Shown here in pieces: positions 24,359 to 32,000 of a DNA stretch of 32,000 bases. The notes below the pieces were generated by a model. It was not told the DNA's origin. It saw nothing but the letters and a program-made list of their open reading frames with translations, and did no database searches. Source of the stretch: an uncultured Eubacteriales bacterium (GTDB taxonomy: Bacteria > Bacillota > Clostridia > TANB77 > RGIG9151); assembly GCA_964631135.1 (NCBI GenBank), contig CAZVVZ010000002.1:3333-35332 (forward strand). The letters run 5' to 3'. Numbering within the stretch: position 1 is the first letter of the stretch; every line of letters starts with the position of its first letter. Made by a program: the position numbers and the translations under genes.

Positions 24359-24370
24359 ATTTCAGGAATT

Positions 24371-25078
24371 TTATATTTTCAATGTAGTTTCTAAAGCTAA
24401 AACAATCATGTCATTTAATGCTTTTTGTCTTTCCTCGGCACTAAGTTGCTCGCTATACAAAAATGAATCTGTTACACTAAGTAAGCAAGCTGCCTGCTTA
24501 TTTAGCACACGTGCATTATGAAATAGTGCAAAGGACTCCATTTCAACAGCTAAACATCCATATTCATCTCTTAATTTCCTAAAATCAGAAACATCAGAAT
24601 AAAATACTTCTGTATTATGAACTGTTCCTACAACCAGCTTTATATCTTTTTCGTTTGCGGTTTCTATTATTTTTTCATTTAATTCCATAGAAGCAGGTAT
24701 AAACTTATCATTATTCCCATTCTGAAGTTTTGCAAAAGCACCTTCGCTAAAAGATTTGTCAACCAGAATTACGTCTAGAAGTTTTAGCCCTTCCGCATAA
24801 GCACCGCAACTTCCGATTCTTATAATCTTATCTACGTCATAAAATTTATATAGCTCGTAAGAATATATGCCTATACTTCCATTTCCCATGCCATGTGCCA
24901 TTACTGTAATTCTCTTTCCTTTATAATTTCCGGTGTATGCATACATACCGCGAACCGAGTTGACAAGTTTTACGTCCTCCAAAAAGTTTTCTGCTATATA
25001 TTTAGCTCTAAGAGGGTCCCCAGGCATTAGGACAATATTTGCAATATCTTCTTTTTTTGCTTCGTTATGAGGTGTCAT
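24371..25078 (-). CDS. deoD: purine nucleoside phosphorylase, DeoD type
   Basis: I take the ATG at 25078 as the start (MTPHNEAKKEDIANIVLMPGDPLRAKYIAE...) with an AAAGGA RBS. GMGNGSIGIYSYEL, RIGSCG and VEMES motifs are present. The track's 20-codon N-terminal extension is not typical of DeoD. Confidence 0.9.
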   Translation of the reverse strand: MTPHNEAKKEDIANIVLMPGDPLRAKYIAENFLEDVKLVNSVRGMYAYTGNYKGKRITVMAHGMGNGSIGIYSYELYKFYDVDKIIRIGSCGAYAEGLKLLDVILVDKSFSEGAFAKLQNGNNDKFIPASMELNEKIIETANEKDIKLVVGTVHNTEVFYSDVSDFRKLRDEYGCLAVEMESFALFHNARVLNKQAACLLSVTDSFLYSEQLSAEERQKALNDMIVLALETTLKI

Positions 25079-25227
25079 AAATATCAATCCTTTCTTTTTT
25101 ATTTTCATATAATGTAAATTTTTTCTACAATAAATCAAAAATTATATCGTAATTTTCTGCTTTATTCTTTAATAGCATTAGTGTAGTTGAAATTATTTGT
25201 GCACATTAGAAAGTTATTTTCTGTCAC

Positions 25228-25301
25228 TATTTATAATAAAAATAATATATGCTTTATCAAAACTCAGGATTTGCGGTGAAAGACTTTAATTATTTTCATG
25301 T
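25228..25301 (+). repeat. intergenic palindromic-element family, copy F (internally deleted: arm X joined directly to the right outer-stem remnant)
   Basis: AAAAATAATATAT is followed by arm X GCTTTATCAAAACTCAGGATTTGCGGTGAAAGACTTT (25242..25278), and then directly by AATTATTTTCATGTAGTAGTGCC. That last stretch resembles the right end of copy E (ATTATTTTCATATACTAGTGC). Confidence 0.7.
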
Positions 25302-25316
25302 AGTAGTGCCTAAATG

Positions 25317-25359
25317 GGAAAAAATAAGAGCGGAAAATCATCTACAGATTTTCCACTCT
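25317..25359 (-). terminator. intrinsic terminator downstream of ftsZ
   Basis: The minus-strand RNA reads AGAGUGGAAAAUC-UGUAGAU-GAUUUUCCGCUCU (13 bp with one G-U pair) followed by UAUUUUUUCCC. Confidence 0.85.
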
Positions 25360-25388
25360 AATCTCTATCTGTTACTCAATAATGTACA

Positions 25389-26588
25389 TTACTTTTTACT
25401 GCTTTTTCTCAAAAATGCCGGTATATCTAAATCGTTATCTAATCCGTCTGACATAGGGTTCAGTACAGATTTTGAAGTACTTTGAGATGTCACTGAGCTG
25501 TTACTTGATGCTGAAGAATTATTTAACGACGAATTGTTGTTACTGTTATTTAATGATGACATTGTTGTATTTTTGGAGCCAAAAAATGATGAAAATTCAG
25601 GTTTTTTAGCTGTAGGAATATTTATATTTCCAAGTCCTCTGTCAAACCCTGTTGCTATAACTGTAATTAGAAGCTCGTCATTTAATGATTCATCAATTAC
25701 TGCACCGAAAATTATATTTGCTTCAGGATCAGCAGATTTTTGAACTAACTCAGCAGCTGCATTTACTTCTAATAGACCTAAATCTGTACCGCCTGTAATA
25801 TTTAATAATACTCCCCTTGCACCTTCAATTGAAGTTTCAAGCAACGGGCTATGAACAGCCTGCTTAGCAGCTTCTTCTGCTCTGTTTTCACCGGAAGCAC
25901 GGCCTGTTCCCATATGAGCAATGCCGGTATTTAACATAATTGTTTTTACATCAGCAAAGTCAAGGTTTACAAGTCCCGGAACTGCAATTAAGTCAGATAT
26001 ACCCTGAACACCCTGTTTCAATATATCATCAGCCATCTTAAAAGCTTCTACCATAGAAGTATTTTTCTGAATAACCTGTAATAATCTATCATTCGGAATA
26101 ATAATTAAAGTATCAACATGTTCTTTAAGCTGAGCAATACCCTTTTCAGCCTGAGCCATCCTTTTCCTTCCTTCAAAAGTAAACGGCTTAGTTACAACAC
26201 CAACGGTAAGTATTCCAAGTTCCTTAGCAACAGCTGCAACAACAGGCGCTGCACCTGTTCCTGTTCCACCGCCCATTCCTGCAGTAACAAATACCATATC
26301 AGATCCTTTTAAAGCCTGTGCAATCTCATCTCTGTTTTCTTCTGCAGCTTTCTGACCGATTTCAGGATCAGAACCTGCGCCTAACCCTTTAGTCAATTTA
26401 TCTCCAATTTGAATTTTCATATTTGCTTTAGATAAGAAAAGTGCCTGTTTATCAGTATTTACAGCTAAAAATTCGACTCCTCTCAATCCGCCTTCAATCA
26501 TACGGTTTACAGCATTATTACCGCCGCCACCTACACCGATAACCTTTATCTGTGCGAATTGTTCCATTTCTACATCAAAATCTAACAC
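25389..26588 (-). CDS. ftsZ: cell division protein FtsZ
   Basis: [13 protein letters not shown] and [11 protein letters not shown] tubulin signature motifs, an S/N-rich linker, and the C-terminal peptide [10 protein letters not shown]. The start is GTG with GGAGG 7 nt upstream. Confidence 0.97.
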   Translation of the reverse strand: MLDFDVEMEQFAQIKVIGVGGGGNNAVNRMIEGGLRGVEFLAVNTDKQALFLSKANMKIQIGDKLTKGLGAGSDPEIGQKAAEENRDEIAQALKGSDMVFVTAGMGGGTGTGAAPVVAAVAKELGILTVGVVTKPFTFEGRKRMAQAEKGIAQLKEHVDTLIIIPNDRLLQVIQKNTSMVEAFKMADDILKQGVQGISDLIAVPGLVNLDFADVKTIMLNTGIAHMGTGRASGENRAEEAAKQAVHSPLLETSIEGARGVLLNITGGTDLGLLEVNAAAELVQKSADPEANIIFGAVIDESLNDELLITVIATGFDRGLGNINIPTAKKPEFSSFFGSKNTTMSSLNNSNNNSSLNNSSASSNSSVTSQSTSKSVLNPMSDGLDNDLDIPAFLRKSSKK

Positions 26589-26642
26589 ATTAATTCCTCC
26601 TCTTTATTGTGGAAAATAAGATTTACTTTTACACATCTGACC

Positions 26643-27893
26643 TTATTTTTTCCAAAAGTTAATGAACTTAGTTATAAGTCCTTCTTCTACATTATTTGTA
26701 ACTTCCTCGTTTGCTTTATCTCTGTTTAATATTTCTACGTCTCTCTCTCCCAAGCTCATTCCCGCAACATATTTTATTATTCCTAAAGATGTAACATAAG
26801 TTAATTTCAATCCTGCAGGTAACTTTGGATTTACGAGTCTTGTAGAAAGTCCTAATTTTTCATGAGCAACCTCCTGGGCACCGACAATATGATATATTCC
26901 CTGTCCAACCAGTACCACACCAGCTGAAATTTCTTCTTTAATCCCATTTTCTTCTAATTTTTCATTAAGTAAAGAAAAAATCTCATCTACTCTTGCTTCT
27001 ATAATTTCCACAACATCAGATATCTTAATTATCTTTTGATGTGATTCTCCAATAGAATATATTGTAATACTTTGGTCATTATTTATCAAGGATTTTTGTG
27101 CCAAAGGGAACTGTTTTTTTAACCTATCCGCTTCATTGTAGGAAACTTTAAGTCCGATTACCATATCGTTCGTTATATGTTCCCCACCAATCGGAATAGA
27201 GTCATAATACTTAATTCTTCCATTCTTGAAAAATGCGTAATCGGTTTTTCCTCCGCCAACATCTACTAATAGTACTCCAAGCTCTTTTTCCTCTTCAGAT
27301 AAAGTCACTTCTCCGGTAGCAATCGCTTCTATAACAATACCTGCGACCTGATACCCTGCTCTTTCCACACTCTTTAATAAACTTTGGGTAGCAATCGCGC
27401 TGCCAATCACAACATCAGCATCTACTTCAACTATTGCTCCCATCATGCCGGTAGGATCAACTATCTCATCATATCCGTCAATTATGTACTGATGCGGTAT
27501 TACATCAACTACCTGCTTATCATATGGAATTTCAAAATCTTTTGCATCTTTTAAGACCCTTCCAACATCTTCCGCCGTAATTTCTTTCATATTTCCTTCA
27601 AAGCTAACTTTCCCATGTGACGGGACAAGTAATGCATGAAATCCGGATAATCCAAGATAAACCGCACTTACCCTCACATTAGCAACTTTTTCTGCCATAG
27701 AAATTGAAGCCTTAACAGCCTTGGATACTGACTCCAAATCAACTATCAATCCTTTTTTTATGCCAGTACATGGTACTAATCCACTTCCCAAAAATTCCAT
27801 CTGGCCATTTCTATTAGCTTTAGCAATTACGGTACTTACTTTAGATGAGCCTATATCAACACCTACAATTACGTCATTGTACAAACAAAACAC
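26643..27893 (-). CDS. ftsA: cell division protein FtsA
   Basis: Actin-fold motifs VGVDIGSSKV and LVDVGGGKTD, directly upstream of ftsZ. The start is uncertain: either GTG at 27893 or TTG at 27884. Confidence 0.93.
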   Translation of the reverse strand: MFCLYNDVIVGVDIGSSKVSTVIAKANRNGQMEFLGSGLVPCTGIKKGLIVDLESVSKAVKASISMAEKVANVRVSAVYLGLSGFHALLVPSHGKVSFEGNMKEITAEDVGRVLKDAKDFEIPYDKQVVDVIPHQYIIDGYDEIVDPTGMMGAIVEVDADVVIGSAIATQSLLKSVERAGYQVAGIVIEAIATGEVTLSEEEKELGVLLVDVGGGKTDYAFFKNGRIKYYDSIPIGGEHITNDMVIGLKVSYNEADRLKKQFPLAQKSLINNDQSITIYSIGESHQKIIKISDVVEIIEARVDEIFSLLNEKLEENGIKEEISAGVVLVGQGIYHIVGAQEVAHEKLGLSTRLVNPKLPAGLKLTYVTSLGIIKYVAGMSLGERDVEILNRDKANEEVTNNVEEGLITKFINFWKK

Positions 27894-27979
27894 CCCGATC
27901 TATTACTATAGTTTCAGAGGCTCATATCTGAAGTTTTACCTTCAAAAAACCATTTTTTCTTAAGTATTATTATTACATT

Positions 27980-28339
27980 TTATATATTATCTTGTTTTTT
28001 AAATTTATTCAAGAGGTAACGCCGAATTATTGCAAAATTTAAAAATATTCTGTTACCAAAAATAAACACAGCTGCTAGGTATAAATCCAGCCCAAGTTTT
28101 TCACCTAAATAGGTTAAGCCTACCGCCAACAGTGCATTTCCGGCAAATCCACTCGTGAAAATTCTCATATCAAATCGTTCTTCCATTAGTGCCGATATAC
28201 CGCCAAACACAGAATCCAGACAAGCTAAAATAGCTATAGCTAAGTATTTAGAATAGCTATAATCAATTGCCGGGATATAATAAAGTGCCAAAATTATGCC
28301 AAGGCAAAATCCAATTGCCGGAATTAACAATATTGTCAT
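27980..28339 (-). CDS. sbp: small basic protein Sbp (DUF1290) membrane protein
   Basis: 119 aa, hydrophobic with a basic tail (RRYLLNKFKKQDNI). It occupies the same slot between the DUF881 gene and ftsA as B. subtilis sbp. Confidence 0.75.
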   Translation of the reverse strand: MTILLIPAIGFCLGIILALYYIPAIDYSYSKYLAIAILACLDSVFGGISALMEERFDMRIFTSGFAGNALLAVGLTYLGEKLGLDLYLAAVFIFGNRIFLNFAIIRRYLLNKFKKQDNI

Positions 28340-28366
28340 TTTCTCAACTCCTCAATTTTAAAATAC

Positions 28367-29107
28367 TTACTGTTTATTAGTTGTTTCTGAAGTATCCTCA
28401 ACGAACGTTGTCATAAATTTACTGGAAATAGTTTTTTTATACTTAGGTATTACAACGTCAGTCTCACGTGTAGTCGTAATACGTATTCCCCATACATTTA
28501 TCAAATCATCTACATATCCGCCCCTCATAAGCATAGCACTTTCAAGCACAGCAGGGTCCCCTATCGCCTTGATTACAAAAGGAGCGCCTATTCTCTCACC
28601 ATTAACAATTATCGTAGTTCCTGCACATCTTATTTCAGATGTACTAATTATTCTCTGGTCATTTACTGAAATAGCCTCAGCACCGGCACCTTTTAGCTCA
28701 TTTACAACCTTTAGTATATCTTCATCATGTACTAAGTAAGTATTTAAATCAGAAACTCCCTCTATGCTCTTTGTACTGTCTTCCATAGTAACTGTTACTC
28801 CTGATCCTCTCACATTGGTGAGACCGGCATTTTGAAGTGCTTTATTTAACTCGAGTTTTAATATTTCAACAGTTTCTTCATCATTTTCGGCTTTTCTGTA
28901 TTCATCAAGCATTTTGTCTTTTTCTTCCAACTCAAGTACCTTAGCATCATAATCCTTTTTTAACTCCGCATACTGATTCTGGACTTCACTTGTTCTGTTT
29001 GAACCGGAATCTGAATTTACCTGCACGGTTTTCAATTGCATCGCCATCATCAATCCTAAAATGAAGCATATTATTGTTATTGTAAATACAAATTCCCTAT
29101 TCTTCAT
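28367..29107 (-). CDS. DUF881 (YlxW/YlxX-like) division-cluster membrane protein
   Basis: It has an N-terminal TM helix, a coiled-coil and a C-terminal DUF881-like region (VHDEDILKVVNELKGAGAEAISVNDQRI). I take the ATG at 29107 as the start (MKNREF...). That start overlaps the ftsQ stop by 11 nt. Confidence 0.75.
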   Translation of the reverse strand: MKNREFVFTITIICFILGLMMAMQLKTVQVNSDSGSNRTSEVQNQYAELKKDYDAKVLELEEKDKMLDEYRKAENDEETVEILKLELNKALQNAGLTNVRGSGVTVTMEDSTKSIEGVSDLNTYLVHDEDILKVVNELKGAGAEAISVNDQRIISTSEIRCAGTTIIVNGERIGAPFVIKAIGDPAVLESAMLMRGGYVDDLINVWGIRITTTRETDVVIPKYKKTISSKFMTTFVEDTSETTNKQ

Positions 29108-29924
29108 CTGCAGCACCTCTTGTCTGTTCTTTATTATCATCTTCAACTATCTCACCGACTTCTTCATTTTTATTTTCTTCCAGTACTCCCCATACCGGTT
29201 TAGTAATAATCTTTTCAAGATTATGCAAATCTATATAAGCCGGATTTTCTTCCTTTTTCCAAATTTCTTTAATTAGCGAAATTTTATATTGTAAGTTGTC
29301 TATATCACCTAAAAATGCGACATGTCCTATATCAAAACTCACTAAAATTCCATCATTTTCTGTTAATTTAACAACATTATTTATAATACCATTTTCTTTT
29401 AATTTCTTCAACACTTCCAAATATTTTTCTAATTTTTCTTCTTCCTTACAGACAAGTTTCTCTCCAGCCGTCACATCCTTTACCGTTATCCCCTCCAATA
29501 CAGGCAAATTCGTCTCTTTATCGTCTGTAACTACACTCATCACATCACCATTTTCTGAAATAAGTAATTTTGAACCGTAAAACCCTACTTCAGCAATAGC
29601 TACTTTCTCATTAACCGTTATAATAACCTTATTCGGCCATTCTCGTTTTATTGTCGCATATTCAACGGTAGGAATTGAATTTATTTTTTCTATTGCATCA
29701 AACTTATTTATCCTTAATATATTTTCGCCATATAAAATGCCCGATGAACTGATGATATATTTTTCTGCAGATAAATTGTTCCCTATAACTTCAATATCCT
29801 CTATTGCAAAAATCGGAGAAAGCAAGAAAAAGCATACTATTGAAATAATCAAAAGTAAGCCTAAAAATCTGAAATGATTCTTAGACTTTTTCTTAGCCTT
29901 AGTTATTTTAACAATATTACTCAT
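29097..29924 (-). CDS. divIB: cell division protein FtsQ/DivIB (POTRA domain)
   Basis: A basic N-terminus, a single TM helix (FLGLLLIISIVCFFLLSPIFAI), then a POTRA-like segment IEDIEVIGN. I take the ATG at 29924 as the start, with GGAGG 8 nt upstream. The track's TTG at 29945 is less likely. Confidence 0.8.
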   Translation of the reverse strand: MSNIVKITKAKKKSKNHFRFLGLLLIISIVCFFLLSPIFAIEDIEVIGNNLSAEKYIISSSGILYGENILRINKFDAIEKINSIPTVEYATIKREWPNKVIITVNEKVAIAEVGFYGSKLLISENGDVMSVVTDDKETNLPVLEGITVKDVTAGEKLVCKEEEKLEKYLEVLKKLKENGIINNVVKLTENDGILVSFDIGHVAFLGDIDNLQYKISLIKEIWKKEENPAYIDLHNLEKIITKPVWGVLEENKNEEVGEIVEDDNKEQTRGAADEE

Positions 29925-29977
29925 CTTTTGTTCCTCCAATTTCAAATTTCCTCTTTATAAAATCGAAGCTTTATTGC

Positions 29978-31228
29978 TTAAATCCTCTTTATATTTGCAC
30001 CTATACTTCTCAAATTTTCTACAAAATTTTCATATCCTCGTTCGATATAATGTACACCGCTAACTCTTGTTGTACCTTCCGCAGCTAAACCTGCCAAAAC
30101 CAAGCTCGCCCCACCTCTAAGTTCTTTTGACTCAACGGCTGCACCAGTAATATTATCTACTCCTGTTACAATAGCAGTTTTTCCCTCTACTGTAATTTTG
30201 GCACCCATCTTCGTCAGCTCCGAAATGTATTTAAACCTATTCTCAAATATATTCTCCATTATTATTGAAGTTCCTTGTGCAATTGATAAAATTGTAACCA
30301 TCTGTGACTGCATATCAGTTGGGAAACCCGGAAAAGGCATAGTTTTTATATTTACGGCTTTTAATTTTTCAGGTGCTTTTATAGAAATTTCTTCTTTATT
30401 TAATATTTTTATTAAGCAACCGGTTTCTCTTAGTTTGTGTAATGTAGAACGTAAAAACTCCGGAATAATACCTTTTACAACAATATCTCCGCCGGTTATA
30501 GCAGCGGCACATAAGTACGTCCCAGCAACAATTCTGTCTCCACTCACTTCATAAGTAACATCATAAAGTCTTCTAACTCCTCGTATCTTTATTACATTAC
30601 TTCCTGCTCCTTCAATCTGAGCACCTGCTTTATTTAAAAAATTTTGCAATTCTATAATTTCAGGCTCTCGTGCCACATTGCGAATTACTGTAGTTCCCTT
30701 TGCAAGTGTAGCCGCCAACATAATATTTTCTGTAGCACCAACACTCGGAAAGTCAAGATCAATTTCCGCACCTATAAGCCTGCCGGCTTCGCCAATAATA
30801 TATCCATGACTTTCAGTAATATTAGCACCAAGTTGCCTAAGTCCGCTAAGATGTAAATCTATTGGTCTAGCACCTATTTCACACCCCCCGGGATGAGTCA
30901 GTTTCACCCTGCCATGTCTTGCCAACATAGGCCCCATAAGTATTATAGAAGAGCGAATCTCCTTCATCAATTCTTCAGGTATCTCATCTTTGTCACAAGT
31001 CCTCGAATCTATTTTTAGCATTCCTTTGTCTTGTGATACTCTGCAGCCCAAAGCTAACAGTAGCTCCTTCATCGCTATTGTGTCACTAATCATTGGGCAT
31101 CTGTCAACAACCGACATACCATCTATAAGTATACTCGCCGCAATCACCGGCAATGATGCATTTTTTGAACCTTGTAATAATATCTCCCCAAAAAGCCTGT
31201 TTCCACCATTTATTAAGTATGTATCCAT
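29978..31228 (-). CDS. murA: UDP-N-acetylglucosamine 1-carboxyvinyltransferase
   Basis: I take the ATG at 31228 as the start (MDTYLINGGNRLFGEILLQGSKNASLP...) with GGAGG 6 nt upstream. The active-site region is HPGGCEIGARPIDLH and the protein is MurA-like over its full length. Confidence 0.93.
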   Translation of the reverse strand: MDTYLINGGNRLFGEILLQGSKNASLPVIAASILIDGMSVVDRCPMISDTIAMKELLLALGCRVSQDKGMLKIDSRTCDKDEIPEELMKEIRSSIILMGPMLARHGRVKLTHPGGCEIGARPIDLHLSGLRQLGANITESHGYIIGEAGRLIGAEIDLDFPSVGATENIMLAATLAKGTTVIRNVAREPEIIELQNFLNKAGAQIEGAGSNVIKIRGVRRLYDVTYEVSGDRIVAGTYLCAAAITGGDIVVKGIIPEFLRSTLHKLRETGCLIKILNKEEISIKAPEKLKAVNIKTMPFPGFPTDMQSQMVTILSIAQGTSIIMENIFENRFKYISELTKMGAKITVEGKTAIVTGVDNITGAAVESKELRGGASLVLAGLAAEGTTRVSGVHYIERGYENFVENLRSIGANIKRI

Positions 31229-31307
31229 CTTATACCTCCGCATAATCATGTTTCTATACATATTATGATTACGAACATAATTATGTGAATTAGGAAGCGG
31301 AACATAT

Positions 31308-32000
31308 TCATTCCAAACTATTCTCTCTAATAATGTCTTTTATAACTTCTCCGGAAATAATCAATCCCGCAACTGACGGAACAAAAGATATACTTCCGGG
31401 TACTTGCTTTTTAGCTGTTTCTGATTGGCATGTATAATCTTCTGAGCACTCATATTCCGTTATTTCGCTAAATTTTATCGGCTCTTCTTTTGAATATACA
31501 ACCTTTAATTTTTTTATTCCCCTTGCCCTTAATTCCTTTCGCATCACTTTCGCTAAAGGGCATACACTCGTTTTATAAATATCCGTTATTTCGAATTTTG
31601 TAGGATCTAGCTTATTTCCTGTTCCCATACTTGAAATTATAGGTATATTTAGTCTATTCGCTCTCACTACCAGTTCAATTTTTGCCGTAACAGTATCTAC
31701 CGCATCTACAACATAATCTACTGTTCCGTCCAATATTTCTTTACTGCCCGGCATAAAAAACTCTTGATGTATTTCTACTTTAGCATTTGGATTTATATCT
31801 AAGATTCTTTCTTTTGCAACCTCCACTTTATACTTTCCAACCGTTTTATGAGTTGCAATTATTTGCCTATTTAAATTTGTTAAGCAAACTTTATCATTAT
31901 CTACCAATATAAAATTCCATACTCCGGCTCTCGCCAATCCTTCTACTACGAAAGACCCAACTCCTCCAATTCCAAATATCGCCACTTTGGCTTTATTTAA
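31308..32000 (-). CDS. tcdA: tRNA threonylcarbamoyladenosine dehydratase (ThiF/E1-like), C-terminal part; the 5' end lies beyond the window
   Basis: The frame stays open to the window edge (...LNKAKVAIFGIGGVGSFVVEGLARAGV). It has the Rossmann motif GIGGVGS plus DNDKVCLTNLNRQ. The track's GTG start at 31985 is an artefact of truncation. Confidence 0.8.
   Translation of the reverse strand, partial: LNKAKVAIFGIGGVGSFVVEGLARAGVWNFILVDNDKVCLTNLNRQIIATHKTVGKYKVEVAKERILDINPNAKVEIHQEFFMPGSKEILDGTVDYVVDAVDTVTAKIELVVRANRLNIPIISSMGTGNKLDPTKFEITDIYKTSVCPLAKVMRKELRARGIKKLKVVYSKEEPIKFSEITEYECSEDYTCQSETAKKQVPGSISFVPSVAGLIISGEVIKDIIRENSLE

Noticed and set aside
24181-24372. GAATTTT on both sides of copy E (24181..24187 and 24366..24372) as a target-site duplication.
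   Set aside because: Neither copy abuts the element ends (gaps of 6-7 nt), and the motif is AT-rich and expected by chance.
5691-25301. The dispersed intergenic repeats as a CRISPR array, or as type I toxin-antitoxin loci.
   Set aside because: The copies are kilobases apart, each in a different intergenic region, and are themselves palindromic. They are not short direct repeats with regular spacers, and no cas genes are present. No conserved small hydrophobic ORF is shared between the copies.
5563-31261. N-terminal extensions in the maximal ORF calls (rpmF to 5571, sigK to 18122, the PPC protein to 24141, deoD to 25138, DUF881 to 29146, ftsQ to 29945, murA to 31261).
   Set aside because: In each case a downstream ATG has a correctly spaced GGAGG-type RBS and gives the N-terminus expected for the family. 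The extension overlaps that RBS or a predicted promoter.
2613-31268. About 35 plus-strand ORFs of 60-170 aa in the six-frame track (for example 2613..2843, 7051..7410, 10310..10819, 14127..14480, 30198..30554).
   Set aside because: Each lies entirely antisense to a well-supported minus-strand gene. Their products are low-complexity and rich in F, S, I and L, with no recognisable motifs or RBS. This is the typical shadow-ORF pattern opposite purine-rich coding strands in AT-rich genomes.

Overview
Low-GC, Firmicutes/Clostridia-like chromosomal backbone with spore-former gene content (sigK, pdaA, a spoIIIAA-like gene). All roughly 30 credible CDS lie on the minus strand. The plus-strand ORFs in the track look like antisense shadow ORFs. 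From high to low coordinates, which is the direction of transcription, the genes are: tcdA (partial), murA, ftsQ/divIB, a DUF881 gene, sbp, ftsA, ftsZ, deoD, a secreted 3xPPC-domain protein, a CDF transporter, rsmB, a YyaL-like thioredoxin-domain protein, sigK, an S1-domain protein, an orphan winged-helix/replication-relaxation-like protein, pdaA, an Ig-like-repeat surface protein, the rimP-nusA-ylxR-ylxQ-infB-rbfA-nrnA operon, rpmF, an orphan spoIIIAA-like ATPase, an acyl-CoA ligase, a TGS/uridine-kinase fusion and a partial nifS/iscS-type cysteine desulfurase. I found no rRNA, tRNA, CRISPR array, transposase or integrase. The main thing the gene list does not explain is a family of long (about 75-170 bp) imperfect-palindromic intergenic elements at six loci (about 5.7, 12.5, 15.3, 22.5, 24.3 and 25.3 kb). 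They have two conserved but non-identical inner arms and copy-specific outer stems that stay perfectly self-complementary. One copy has terminal inverted repeats flanked by a 7-nt direct repeat. The elements sit immediately after stop codons and 20-30 bp upstream of the next promoter. This looks like a MITE/ERIC/Correia-like mosaic element or a structured RNA family. I cannot say from the sequence alone whether it has been described. Secondary observations are the orphan replication-relaxation-like gene, a candidate attenuator hairpin in the rimP-nusA leader, a perfect 249-bp in-frame tandem duplication in a surface protein, and an unusually long Q/N-rich IF-2 N-terminus. All calls come from reading the sequence and translations. 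No database search or computation was run.
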